64,000 nucleotides of DNA. Origin: an uncultured Armatimonadetes bacterium. GTDB taxonomy: Bacteria > Armatimonadota > Hebobacteria > Hebobacterales > Hebobacteraceae. Below, piece after piece: positions 40,147 to 50,300 of the stretch. Within the stretch, counting starts at the first letter, position 1. Each line of letters begins with the position of its first letter. The translations under genes and the position numbers were made by a program. The notes beneath the pieces are model-generated. The model saw only the letters and a list, made by a program, of their open reading frames with translations, searched no databases and had not been told where the DNA came from. The stretch covers positions 2,624,001-2,688,000 of the forward strand of contig OY970296.1 of NCBI GenBank assembly GCA_963716175.1, in the 5' to 3' direction.

Positions 40147-40749
40147 CTACCTCTTCGCCGCCGTGCTATCCCAGCGGGCGCGCGATGTTATCAGCCAGGA
40201 CATCACGAAGAGCCGGAAATCCAGCCAGAGACTGCGATGGCGGAGGTAGTAGAAGTCATACTTCAGCTTCTCGGCGGCCTCCGTGTGATAGCGCCCGTAG
40301 ACCTGGGCCACTCCGGTGAGACCAGGACGCACCTGATGGCGCAAGTGGTACCCCGGGATTTCCCTCAGGAAGCGCTGCACGAACTCCGGCCTTTCCGGGC
40401 GAGGACCCACCCAGCTCATGTCTCCCTTGAAGATGCTGAGGAGCTGTGGTACCTCGTCCAGGGCTGTCCTGCGCAGGAGGCGGCCCACCCGCGTGATCCT
40501 GGGGTCATCCACCGCCGCCAGCCGCGGCCCAGATCCCTTCTCGGCCTCTCGGATCATGGAGCGGAACTTGTAGGCGCCGAAGATCCGCCCGCCCCGGCCC
40601 ACCCGCGTCTGGCGATAGAGAATAGGCCGCCCATCCTCCAGCAGGATGGCCGCGCCGACCGCCAGCCAGCAGGGGATGGAGGCGGCCAGCGCGAAGCCTG
40701 CGACCAGCATATCGAGGGCTCTCTTCAGTGCGTCGTTCAGCTTCGCCAT
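40147..40749 (-). CDS. Bacterial sugar transferase (monotopic phosphoglycosyl transferase)
   Basis: KRALD, KFRSM, DPRITRVG, LDEVPQL, GPRPERP, PGLTGVAQV. Confidence 0.92.
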   Translation of the reverse strand: MAKLNDALKRALDMLVAGFALAASIPCWLAVGAAILLEDGRPILYRQTRVGRGGRIFGAYKFRSMIREAEKGSGPRLAAVDDPRITRVGRLLRRTALDEVPQLLSIFKGDMSWVGPRPERPEFVQRFLREIPGYHLRHQVRPGLTGVAQVYGRYHTEAAEKLKYDFYYLRHRSLWLDFRLFVMSWLITSRARWDSTAAKR

Positions 40750-41118
40750 GGTCTTGGCTAGGCCCCTCGCGCCGCCGGGGCGGCCGCTATGGGCGACCTA
40801 GGGGTTGGCTGAACTGCAGCCAGCCGGACCTGGAACGGCCCCATCTAACATCAGTTCGGCTGATGTCGCTGGCGGTCCTGCCTTCAGCGGAGATCAGGCC
40901 AGGGCGATCGCGGTATCGGCCCGAGCCGTCGCTGAGCCCGGCCCGGTCGCCTGGGCAGGAAGTGCCAGCCGGAGCGCCGTATCACAGCTATGAAGGCTGC
41001 ATCAAGACTCGGCGAGCCCTCGCTCGCCGCAGGCGCGTTGGCCTCGATGCAGCCCGGTTGCGGCCTCTGTTAGGGAACCGCGGGACTCGGTCGGCGGGGA
41101 AGCGAGTGGAGGTTAGCA

Positions 41119-43560
41119 GTGCCCAAGAAGCGCAAGCGTGAGGCCGGCACGAAGCAGGCCCCACTCCGCCAGGGCGGGCCAGCCCGCCCCGCTGCCGGCG
41201 GGAAGGCCCGGCGTCAGATCGCCTGGCCCAGCGCCCTGGGCGAAATCGTGGTGATCGCGATGATCCTCGCGGTTCCCATCGTGATCAACGTTAGATCCCG
41301 GAACATCTGCGATGTCAAGGACGTGGTGCTCGGGCTGGGGGTGGCCTTCGGTATTGCCGTCTGGCTTATCGCCAGTCTGGCCCGCGGGCGGATAGCCTGG
41401 AGTGCCTCCCGGCTGAACCTGATCCTGTTCGCCTTCGTGCTCTGGTGTGGGGCCAGCATCCTGTACTCGCGCTATCGCTATGTCACGGCCTCTGAGTTCG
41501 GCCGGCTGGCCGCGAACGCGGGCCTGTTCTGGCTGGCTATCGGCTCTCTGCACAGCCTTCGCCAGGTGCGCCGGGTGATTGGGTCCGCGGCCCTGGTAGC
41601 CATTCCGGTCTGCATCTACGGCTTCTACCAGGCCGCCGGCGTTGACTTCGTGTCCTGGACGGTGCCCACCGTCCGCGTCTTCTCCTTCCTGGGAAATCCC
41701 ACTTACCTGGGCGGCTTCCTGGTGCTGATCATCCCCGTGGTGGTGGCCGCGGCGGTGCCCCTGTCGGAGGCCGACCAACAGCGGGTCGGTCGGCGGCGGC
41801 CCTGGATGAGTTGGCTCATCGCCGGGCTGTTCGGCCTGTCGGCCCTAGCCATGGCCGCCTGTCTCTACTACTCCGTCACGCTGGCGGCGGCCATCGGCCT
41901 GCCTTTCGGCGGGCTGCTGGTTGCGCTGCTGATTCTGCTGCGAGTCGAGCGGCGAGCCCTCCGGGTCACGCTCCGGGCGATGCTGCTAGTACTGGTGGTG
42001 CTTGCATCGGTAGGGTACGGCGCTTACCGGCACTTGGACCCGGTGCAGCAGGCCAGGGTCCAGCAAGTGCTGCACTTCCAAGATCCTTTCGCCGACGAGC
42101 GGCGGCTGCACTGGCAAGTCGCCCTTGACATCTTCAAGGAGAAGCCGGTGCTGGGCGAGGGATACGGCGCCTTCCGCGTCTACTCCCTAGAGAAGATGGC
42201 GCCGGAGTGGTACGCTCAGCTCCCGGCCCGTTCCGGGCAGATGCTGGTGCCCGGCTACGCGCACAACGAGTACCTGCAGGTGCTGGCCGACGTGGGCATC
42301 ATCGGGGGGCTGTTGTTCCTCACGCTCCTGGTGGCCGGCGGCTGGCTGGCGCTGCGGGTCGCGGTCAAGCACCCCAGCCGCGGCTGGGCCGTGCTGGGTA
42401 TGGGCCTGATCGCCAGCATGGTGGCGTTCCTGTTTCAGAACTTCTTCGGTGTGACCTTCCGCCAGACCGGCGTGGTGACGTTCTTCTGGCTCTGGCTGGC
42501 GCTGGTCGTCATTGCGGCCGCGTCGCTGCCGCGACCTGGCCAGGAGGCGGCTGGGCCGCGCCTGCGTGAGTTCCGCTTCTCGCCGGTCCCTATCTCGGGC
42601 TTGCTGTCCGTGGGCTTTGGTCTGGCCATCATGCTGGCCCTCCTTGGCTGGGCCGTGATCCGTCCCGTGATCGCCTCCATGGTGCTGCGGCGGGCCCAGG
42701 GGATGTCTGCTGCCGGTCACTACCGGGAGGGGGCGGAGCTGGCCGACCGCGCCATCAGCCTGTGCCCCTATTCTTCTATTGGCTACTACGTCTCCGCCTA
42801 CGCCTGGGGGCAGGTTGGGGATCTGGACAAGGCTGTCGCGGCCAATAAGAAGGCCCTTGCGCTGCTGCCAGGAAATGCCAGCGTCTACTATAACCTGGGT
42901 GTGAGCTACAAGCAGAAGGGGCAACTGGAAGAGGCGCTGCGGAACTTCCAGCAGGCGGTCAAGCTCATGCCCACCAGCTACAACAACCAGGCCGCGGTAG
43001 CGGAGACACTGGTGCAGCAAGGCAAGGTGAAGGAGGCCGAGCCCTACGCGCGGGAGACCGCGAGGCTTGCGCCTGACGACCCCAGGTGTCACCTTCTGCT
43101 GGCGGACATCCTGAGCAAGCAGGGCAAGGTGAAGGAGATGGTGCCGGAGCTCGACCGCGCCGTCCAACTGTCGCCAAATGATGCCGGCTTGAAGCAGCAG
43201 CTAGTGCAGGTCCTGTTCCGAGTCAAAGATTACGATCGGGCGGCCGCCGTCTGCAGGGAGTGGATGCAGCTGGACCCCAAGGCACCCACCCCCCACAATG
43301 TGCTTGGCACCTACTACTTCAACCACAAGCAGTATGCGGAGGCGAAGGCCGAGTTCCAGCGCGCGGTGGCGCTCGACCCCAGCTACGCCCGCGCCCGTCT
43401 GAACCTCGCCTTTACCTTGGGCCGGCTGAGAGAGTACGCGGGCGCGCGGGAGGAACTGCAGTACGTGGCCAGCCGGGCACCGGGTACGTCCGAGGGGCAG
43501 CAGGCGCAGGCGGTGCTGGACCGGATGTCGAGGGCCGGCCCGCCTAGGCCCACCGGGTAA
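41119..43560 (+). CDS. O-antigen ligase (Wzy_C) domain plus TPR repeats
   Basis: SFLGNP, R...W, PVLGEGYG, AHNEYLQ..A..GIIG, followed by multiple TPRs. Confidence 0.88.
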   Translation: MPKKRKREAGTKQAPLRQGGPARPAAGGKARRQIAWPSALGEIVVIAMILAVPIVINVRSRNICDVKDVVLGLGVAFGIAVWLIASLARGRIAWSASRLNLILFAFVLWCGASILYSRYRYVTASEFGRLAANAGLFWLAIGSLHSLRQVRRVIGSAALVAIPVCIYGFYQAAGVDFVSWTVPTVRVFSFLGNPTYLGGFLVLIIPVVVAAAVPLSEADQQRVGRRRPWMSWLIAGLFGLSALAMAACLYYSVTLAAAIGLPFGGLLVALLILLRVERRALRVTLRAMLLVLVVLASVGYGAYRHLDPVQQARVQQVLHFQDPFADERRLHWQVALDIFKEKPVLGEGYGAFRVYSLEKMAPEWYAQLPARSGQMLVPGYAHNEYLQVLADVGIIGGLLFLTLLVAGGWLALRVAVKHPSRGWAVLGMGLIASMVAFLFQNFFGVTFRQTGVVTFFWLWLALVVIAAASLPRPGQEAAGPRLREFRFSPVPISGLLSVGFGLAIMLALLGWAVIRPVIASMVLRRAQGMSAAGHYREGAELADRAISLCPYSSIGYYVSAYAWGQVGDLDKAVAANKKALALLPGNASVYYNLGVSYKQKGQLEEALRNFQQAVKLMPTSYNNQAAVAETLVQQGKVKEAEPYARETARLAPDDPRCHLLLADILSKQGKVKEMVPELDRAVQLSPNDAGLKQQLVQVLFRVKDYDRAAAVCREWMQLDPKAPTPHNVLGTYYFNHKQYAEAKAEFQRAVALDPSYARARLNLAFTLGRLREYAGAREELQYVASRAPGTSEGQQAQAVLDRMSRAGPPRPTG

Positions 43561-43566
43561 CTACTC

Positions 43567-43701
43567 GTTGGGCAGGAGCGCAAGCTCCTGCCACACTTGT
43601 AGGGCGGCCATGCCGACTGCTTCGCAGAAGCAGGAGGCATCGCCGCCGGAGGTCCGAACGCGGGCAGGCGGTCCCGCTCCGGGGCGCATGGCCGCCCTGC
43701 A
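43567..43701. repeat. REP-like hairpin cluster
   Basis: GTTGGGCAGGAGCGCAAGCTCCTGCC, plus the inverted pair TGTAGGGCGGCCATGC / GCATGGCCGCCCTGCA. Confidence 0.7.
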
Positions 43702-43794
43702 AGAGCGGCAACCACGCACTGGTAGGAGATGTGACCGCATGGTGACATATCACACCGGGCGTCGAGCTCCTGGCGCAACAGGCAGGGTACGAGG

Positions 43795-44565
43795 ATGAGT
43801 CCGGGCAAAGACAATGAGGCTCGTGACGGCCTCGCGGGGCAGGTCGCAGTAGTGGTGGGCGCGGCGGGCGGCATCGGGCGGGCGGTGGCCGCTCGCCTGG
43901 CGGGAGGGGGATGCCGTCTGGCCTTGGTTGACCTGGATCAGGCGGCGCTGGACCGCTTGCTGGGCGATCTGGGCCTCGGGGAGTCAGCCATTGCCCTGCC
44001 GACCGACATCCGCGATCGGGTGCAGGTGGAGCGGATGGCGGCGGAGGTGGAACGGCGGCTGGGCGGGATCCGGATTCTGATCAACGGTGCCGGGATCAAT
44101 ACTCAGCAGCGCACCCTCGACGACCTCTCGCCGGAGCAGTGGGACCGAGTGATCGCGGTGAACCTGAGCGGTGTCTTTCATTGCACCCAGGCGCTTCTGC
44201 GGTTGATGCGAACGACCGGCGGGACCGTCGTCAACATCGCTTCCACCGCTGGGCGGGTCGCTTCGCCTGGGGGCGGGACCCACTACTGCGCATCGAAACG
44301 AGCTGTGCTTTCACTCACTGAATCCATCAACCTGGAGCAGGGCCGGCATGGGATTCGCGCCTGCGCCATCAGCCCCGGGGAGGTGGACACGCCACTGATA
44401 GACCGCAGGCCGCAGCCGGTCAGCGCAGAGCGCCGGGCGGCCATGCTGCGGCCGGAGGACGTGGCGGACGCGGTCTACTACGTGGTCACCCGGCCACCCC
44501 GGGTGACCGTGACCGAGCTGGTCATCTACCCCTCGGCCCAGGTGTCCGGGCTCTACGTAGTCTAG
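43795..44565 (+). CDS. SDR family oxidoreductase
   Basis: GAAGGIG, NGAG, YCASK, PGEVDT. Confidence 0.92.
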   Translation: MSPGKDNEARDGLAGQVAVVVGAAGGIGRAVAARLAGGGCRLALVDLDQAALDRLLGDLGLGESAIALPTDIRDRVQVERMAAEVERRLGGIRILINGAGINTQQRTLDDLSPEQWDRVIAVNLSGVFHCTQALLRLMRTTGGTVVNIASTAGRVASPGGGTHYCASKRAVLSLTESINLEQGRHGIRACAISPGEVDTPLIDRRPQPVSAERRAAMLRPEDVADAVYYVVTRPPRVTVTELVIYPSAQVSGLYVV

Positions 44566-44592
44566 CGAAGCAGCGGGCGGGGAGGAGCCGGG

Positions 44593-45444
44593 TTGGCTGC
44601 GACATCTCCCGATCTGCAGGCACTGGAACGGCGCGCGGCGGAGGTGCGCCTGCAGTTGGTGCGGGCGATGGGCCCGGGGCAGTCCCATCACTTCGGGGGA
44701 TCCCTCTCCGCCGCGGACGTGCTGGTCGCGCTCTACTACTACAAGCTGCGCTACCGCGCAGACCAACCCGACTGGCCGGATCGCGACCGCTTCGTGCTGA
44801 GCAAGGGCCATGCCGTGCCCGCGCTCTACGTCTGCCTGGCGCTGCGCGGCTTCTTCCCCATGTCGGAGCTGACCACGCTGAAGCAGTTCGGCAGCACGCT
44901 GCAGGGCCATCCGGATATGCGCAGGACCTGCGGCCTGGAGGCCAACACCGGATCACTGGGCATGGGCCTGTCGGTGGCTAATGGGATGGCGCTGGCCGGG
45001 CGGGCGGCAGGCCGCAGCTTTCGGGTCTATGCCATGCTGGGAGACGGGGAATGCCAGGAGGGCCAGGTGTGGGAGGCGGCGATGACCGCGGCCCACTACC
45101 GGCTCGACGCGCTCACCGTGATCGTGGATCGGAACCAGCTCCAGGCCATGGGCGCCACCGAGGAGAGGATGAGAGTCGAGCCGCTGGTGGCGAAGTGGCA
45201 GGCCTTCGGCTGGCAGACCTTCGAGATTGATGGGCACAATATGGGTGAGATCTGCCGGGCCCTGGACCAGGCGACCGCGGTAAAGGGTAGGCCGGCCGCC
45301 ATCATCTCCCACACCATCAAGGGCAAGGGGGTCTCCTTCATGGAGGGCCGCCCCGGATTCCATAATGTCATCATCAGCGAGGAGCAGTTCCGCGCGGCCG
45401 AGGCGGAGCTGCAATCCCGACTGTCATCCCTGGGAGGGCGGTAG
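44593..45444 (+). CDS. Transketolase, N-terminal (TPP-binding) subunit
   Basis: DRDRFVLSKGH, LQGHP, TGSLGMGL, GDGECQEG. Confidence 0.92.
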   Translation: MAATSPDLQALERRAAEVRLQLVRAMGPGQSHHFGGSLSAADVLVALYYYKLRYRADQPDWPDRDRFVLSKGHAVPALYVCLALRGFFPMSELTTLKQFGSTLQGHPDMRRTCGLEANTGSLGMGLSVANGMALAGRAAGRSFRVYAMLGDGECQEGQVWEAAMTAAHYRLDALTVIVDRNQLQAMGATEERMRVEPLVAKWQAFGWQTFEIDGHNMGEICRALDQATAVKGRPAAIISHTIKGKGVSFMEGRPGFHNVIISEEQFRAAEAELQSRLSSLGGR

Positions 45445-46392
45445 GTGCAGGAGCTGAAGGCGACCCGGGACGGCTACGGTGAGGCCTTGCTGCAATTGGG
45501 GAAGGAGGAGCCGCGGGTAGCGGTGGTGGATGCCGATCTCTTCCACTCCACCCGCACCGATCGGTTTGCCGAGGCCTTTCCCGACCGCTTCTTCGAAGTC
45601 GGCATTGCCGAGCAGGACATGGTGAGCACCGCGGTGGGGCTGGCGCTGGCCGGAATGATCCCCTTCGCCAACTCCTTCGCCGTCTTCCTCACCGGCCGCG
45701 CCTTCGACCAGATCCGACAGCAGGTCGCGCTTCCCGCGGCGAGTGTCAAGCTCGCCGGGTCCAGCGCAGGCATCACCCAGGGGCCGGATGGGGCCACCCA
45801 CCAGTCGGTGCTGGATGTGGCCCTCATGCGCAGTCTCCCCAATATGTGCGTGGTGGTGCCCTCGGACGTGCAGGAGGCGCGGCTGGCCACCCGCGCCGCG
45901 GCCCAGCGGTCCGGGCCGGCCTACCTGCGCCTCAGCCGGTACGAAACGCCGGTGTGGCGAGAGGCGGGCGCGCCCTTCGCGATCGGCCAGGCGGAGGTGC
46001 GCCGCTCCGGCAAGGATGTCACCCTGATCGCCTGCGGGGTCATCCTCGGGCGGGTGCTGGAGGCGGCAGAGGCGCTAGCGCACGAGGGCATAGCCGCGGA
46101 GGTGATCAACGCCCATACCGTGAAGCCATTGGACGCGGATAGCCTGCTCTCATCTTGCGAGCGGACCGGGGCCGTGATGACAGTCGAGGAGCACAGCATC
46201 ATCGGGGGGCTGGGAAGCGCGGTGGCGGAGATGCTGGCCGAGCGGGCTACCCGGCGCATTCCGCTGCGCAGGCTGGGGGTGGCCGACACCTTCGGGGAAT
46301 CAGGATCGGCGGACGAGCTGCTGGCCAAGCACGGACTCACCGCCGCGGGTATAGCAGCCGCGGGGCGAGCATTGGTGACCCAGAAGCGGTAG
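45445..46392 (+). CDS. Transketolase, C-terminal subunit
   Basis: GIAEQDM, RAFDQIR, GPDGATHQ, EEHSIIGGLG, DTFGESG. Confidence 0.92.
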   Translation: MQELKATRDGYGEALLQLGKEEPRVAVVDADLFHSTRTDRFAEAFPDRFFEVGIAEQDMVSTAVGLALAGMIPFANSFAVFLTGRAFDQIRQQVALPAASVKLAGSSAGITQGPDGATHQSVLDVALMRSLPNMCVVVPSDVQEARLATRAAAQRSGPAYLRLSRYETPVWREAGAPFAIGQAEVRRSGKDVTLIACGVILGRVLEAAEALAHEGIAAEVINAHTVKPLDADSLLSSCERTGAVMTVEEHSIIGGLGSAVAEMLAERATRRIPLRRLGVADTFGESGSADELLAKHGLTAAGIAAAGRALVTQKR

Positions 46393-46405
46393 TGGTCGCC
46401 AGGCG

Positions 46406-47353
46406 CTACGGAAGCTTCGACGAGCCCCGCTTGTCCGCCGGCCGTGTGGCGGAGTGGAGCTGGTCGGTGTACTCGCTGGGCCGCATCCACACCACCTGGT
46501 CACCCAGGAACCTCCGAACCCGACCGATCACCTGGGTGAAGGCCTCCCACCCGACGCCGGTGGCGGGATTGAGCCCCTGCCAGTGGGCGTAGAAAATGCA
46601 GTAGGGAGCCTGGCCGCGGACCAGCTCCACGATCCGGCCGGATTCGCCGTCCGCGCTGATGTAGTAGTCGGGGTCCACGTGACTGGGGTCGTTCTCCCAG
46701 ATGCCGAAGCGGTCTCTGGCATTGGGGACCAGATCGTACACCCCGAATTCGCCATCGCTGGCAGTCAGCCGCGTCTGCTGCTCTTCGGTGAAACAGGGCA
46801 CGGTGCACCCGCGAAATCTGCCGTGTTTCGCCAGCTTCAGCAGCGCCTGCCAGACCTTGGGGTTGATGTCGAAGGCGGGACCCTGCCTGAGCTCCGCATA
46901 GCGCCGGGTGCAGGCCTCGCAGGAGCAGCCGGGCCAGGTCACACCAGTGAATCGCACCCCGATCTTCTCGCCCTCGGCGATGATGTGCTCGAAGTAGGAT
47001 TCATAGGTCTCGGCCGAAATGCCCGGCTCGTAGAGCCACAGCCCCTCGTGGATGGCGCCCTCCGGGAGGCGCTGATGCTCGAAGTCGAAGAGCCCGCCGT
47101 GCGTCATCAGCTCCATATGCGTATCGATGCCGCACTCGAAGGCGCGGTGGAGCTGCTTGATGTAGGCCTGCTGCAGGTCGGAGGTGGGCCGGCTCAGCAG
47201 GCCGTTGCTCTCGAAGTCGGCGCCCAGCAAGACCGTGGACTCGCCCTTGATTCCGTTCGCGGAGACGAAATCGAGAAAGCGCGCGAAGGCGTCGGCGGGC
47301 CGGCCGTAGGGGCTGGTATCGTCAACATAGAACGACAGCACAGTCTTGGTCAT
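46406..47353 (-). CDS. Hypothetical protein, possible polysaccharide deacetylase-like fold
   Basis: FYVDD, ELMTH, TWPG and YAHWQG motifs. AGGAGG RBS. Confidence 0.6.
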   Translation of the reverse strand: MTKTVLSFYVDDTSPYGRPADAFARFLDFVSANGIKGESTVLLGADFESNGLLSRPTSDLQQAYIKQLHRAFECGIDTHMELMTHGGLFDFEHQRLPEGAIHEGLWLYEPGISAETYESYFEHIIAEGEKIGVRFTGVTWPGCSCEACTRRYAELRQGPAFDINPKVWQALLKLAKHGRFRGCTVPCFTEEQQTRLTASDGEFGVYDLVPNARDRFGIWENDPSHVDPDYYISADGESGRIVELVRGQAPYCIFYAHWQGLNPATGVGWEAFTQVIGRVRRFLGDQVVWMRPSEYTDQLHSATRPADKRGSSKLP

Positions 47354-47382
47354 CACACCTCCTCGCTCGCTCCGCGCTCGCG

Positions 47383-50300
47383 CTACCGCCGATCGCCCTG
47401 GGGGATCACAAAGCCGAACCGGGACTCTGTAGTCCACTTGCGAAAACGCGGGTCGGACGCCCAGTTCGCGTAGCTGTCAACGATCGCCTCGCGGAGCTGA
47501 TAGCGGTCGGTCTTTCCGTTCTCTGACACCGCGGCCTCCCCGCCTACCGGGCCGGTGCGGTCGAAGCGAACCTCGATCGCGCGACCTCCCAGGCTGAGCC
47601 TGACCCCTGCCGCGCGGTCCTCTTGGATGAGCTGCATCGCGGGCAGCGGCGCGTCTCCGCCCCCGGCCCGCATTACCACCAGGTACTCTACCTGGTCGCT
47701 CTGCTCCGCGGGCGCGATCTGGAGCAGCTTCTGGTCCTTCCACACCCATCCCAGGTCCATCGGTGGAGGTGTCGCGATCACCGCGCGCGGGCAGCAGCAC
47801 CCGACCCGTCAGGTACTCCGAGCCGCCTTTCACCGCGAAGGTATCGCCGCTTGCGGTCAGAGTCGGCGCGGTCGTGGCCACCCAGGCCGTCTTGCGTCCG
47901 GCCGGTCCGAGCTTCACCCGATCGTAGATCACGATGAAATCCGGCTTCAGGAAGACCAACTGCCGGTCAATCTGCGAGACCTGGTCCGCCGGCCACGCAT
48001 TCGAGGCGTCACCTGCCACGTAGTCAAGCTGCGGCCAGGTCTGATAGGCGAGCAGTCGTCCCTCCCGCATGAACAGGGTCTCGGTGTGGCCGTGCAGATC
48101 GAGTCCGCCTCCCCAGCCCTGCTCCGCAGGCTTGTAGCCGAACATCTTCTGGTTACGGCCAAGATAAGTGAAGGCGGCCGGCGAGAAGCGGTTGATCACC
48201 AGGTGCTCGCCATCCCGAGGTTGGGTCAGGTTCAGCGCCCACTGTTCCTGCCAGGCATCGTTGACCACCACCGAGTTGGCCCAGGCAGCCACCATGTTGC
48301 CATCGTCCCACAGCAGCGCGGGCGTGCCGATCAGATAGCTGCCGGCCTTGACGACGGTGAAGTGGTTGGGCTTGTGGCGCGTGGTGTGGTCCCTCACTCC
48401 CGAGGCGAAGGTCACCTCCGTCGCCTTTGCCTCCCAGCCGGAGCGCATCATCGCCCAGCCTTCCATATCGAAGACCGCGGTGGTCGGGATTTCCTGCCAC
48501 GTCACCTGCGGCGCCTCTGGCTCGTACCAGCCCAGAGCCAGCGCGACCGGCACCGCCACGCCGGAAGTGAAGTAGTTGACGCCGCCCCTCAGCGGGCCGG
48601 TGAGCGCCATCTTGTCCAGCGCCATCAGCCTATCCACCTGGGCCTGCTCGTCGCCCGTCATGGGGCCGTCCAGCTTTGCGATCCACTCCTCCCACTGATA
48701 GTTTGACTTCTCCAGCGGATGGCGGGAGAGCGTCGAGAGAATCCAGCGCCAGGGCTCACCGCTGGGGCCGCGCCGGCCCGGCTGCAGTTCCTGGATATCC
48801 CGGTAGGGATCGGCATACCGCTGGAAGGTGAGATAGCCGCTGAACAACGGCTTCTCGAACATCCGCGGCTCGCCGAAGATGTTGTGCAGGTACATGAACG
48901 TCAGCATGTACCCCGCGATCGGGCAGTAGCAGCCGGTGTACGGATTGGACCACCACACGCCGCCGCGCGTGCCGCGGTGCGCCTCGAAGTACTGCTCCGC
49001 GTTGCTCTCCAGGGTCATGATCTTGTAGATCAGCGCCCTCTTCTCGGGCGTGAGCGGGTCCTCGAGCGTGACCAGTGTCCACGGCAGCGTGTTGACATCC
49101 CCCGCCGCCGCGGCCATCTGCTGGTACAGCTTCAGGCTCGCCCGCTGCTCATCCGGCGCCAGGTCAACCAGCGACGCCTCCGCGCCTGGGAAGAACGGCC
49201 CGTGGTGATGGTATTGAACGTAGCCGTCGGTCTTCTCCGCGTTCCGCAGCGCCTCCACCTTCGTCCGCAGCTTCTCGCTGTCCGGCTTCAGGAAGATCGT
49301 CGCGAACTCAGCCGCCAGCATCCGCCAGCCCAGCTCGTACATGCGCCAGGCACAGGCCTCGTGCTTATCCCAATCTGGCATCCCCTCGGGCGCGACCGCC
49401 TCCAGCTCCTTTGCCGTCATACCCGCAGGCAGGAATCGCTCCGGAAGTCGGCCTTCCTTCTGGCTCATGCGCTCCAGCCAGTCGGCGTAGCGCCGGAACA
49501 GGTTCGGGTGCTGCGCGATGCGCGCCTGGATTGCTGCCGCCTCCTCCTTCCGCCAGAACATCCGCGGGTGCTCCAGCTTGGGCAGCTTCAGGAAGCGCAC
49601 CTGCCTGGTCACCTGTCCATCCGGCGTGTCAATGGCCACTGTCAGTGTGAAGCGCCCGGTGCCTTTCGTGGCCGGCGCAATCGCCAGGCTCAGCGTCTCT
49701 CCCGAGAGCGGCTCCAGATCGGTGCTGCCGGTGTAGGCAGTCTCGCCCATGTAGTCGCGCAGGGCCCACGACAGCCGCGCAGACAGTGGGACCGGGCCGC
49801 GGTTCGTCACGTGGAGCGTGAACAGGGCCGGTTCTCGGTCGTAAAACACGCCCTGGTACGAGGCCAGTGGTACGTTTCCGTGCACCTGCTGCGGCTTGGG
49901 CAGAAGCGTCACATCGAGCTGCGGCTCCGGCGACCGGCGCACCGCCACTGCCTGGAGCCGGGCGAAGGGGCTGTTCGCCCTCACACGCAGCAAGTGCTGG
50001 CCGGGCTCCACGCGCAGGGCGGGAGCGTTATAGCGCCAGAACTCCTCGCTGTCGTTCACCAGGAACATCTCACTGTCCGGCGCCATCCAGGTCGCCGAGG
50101 CCCAGTTCATCTCCGGGCCGCCGTCAACCGATACGGTGATGGTCCCCGCTTCATCTCTCCCGGTCAGTGGGCGGTCCGGCAGCAGCTGTGGGTCGGCGAG
50201 CGCGCTGAGATCAACCCAGCGCTTCCCGTCCACGCCCACGACTAGCTCGTTGGTCGCCGAGAAGCTCTTGCTCGCGCCGGCGGCTGCCACACTGACGGCA

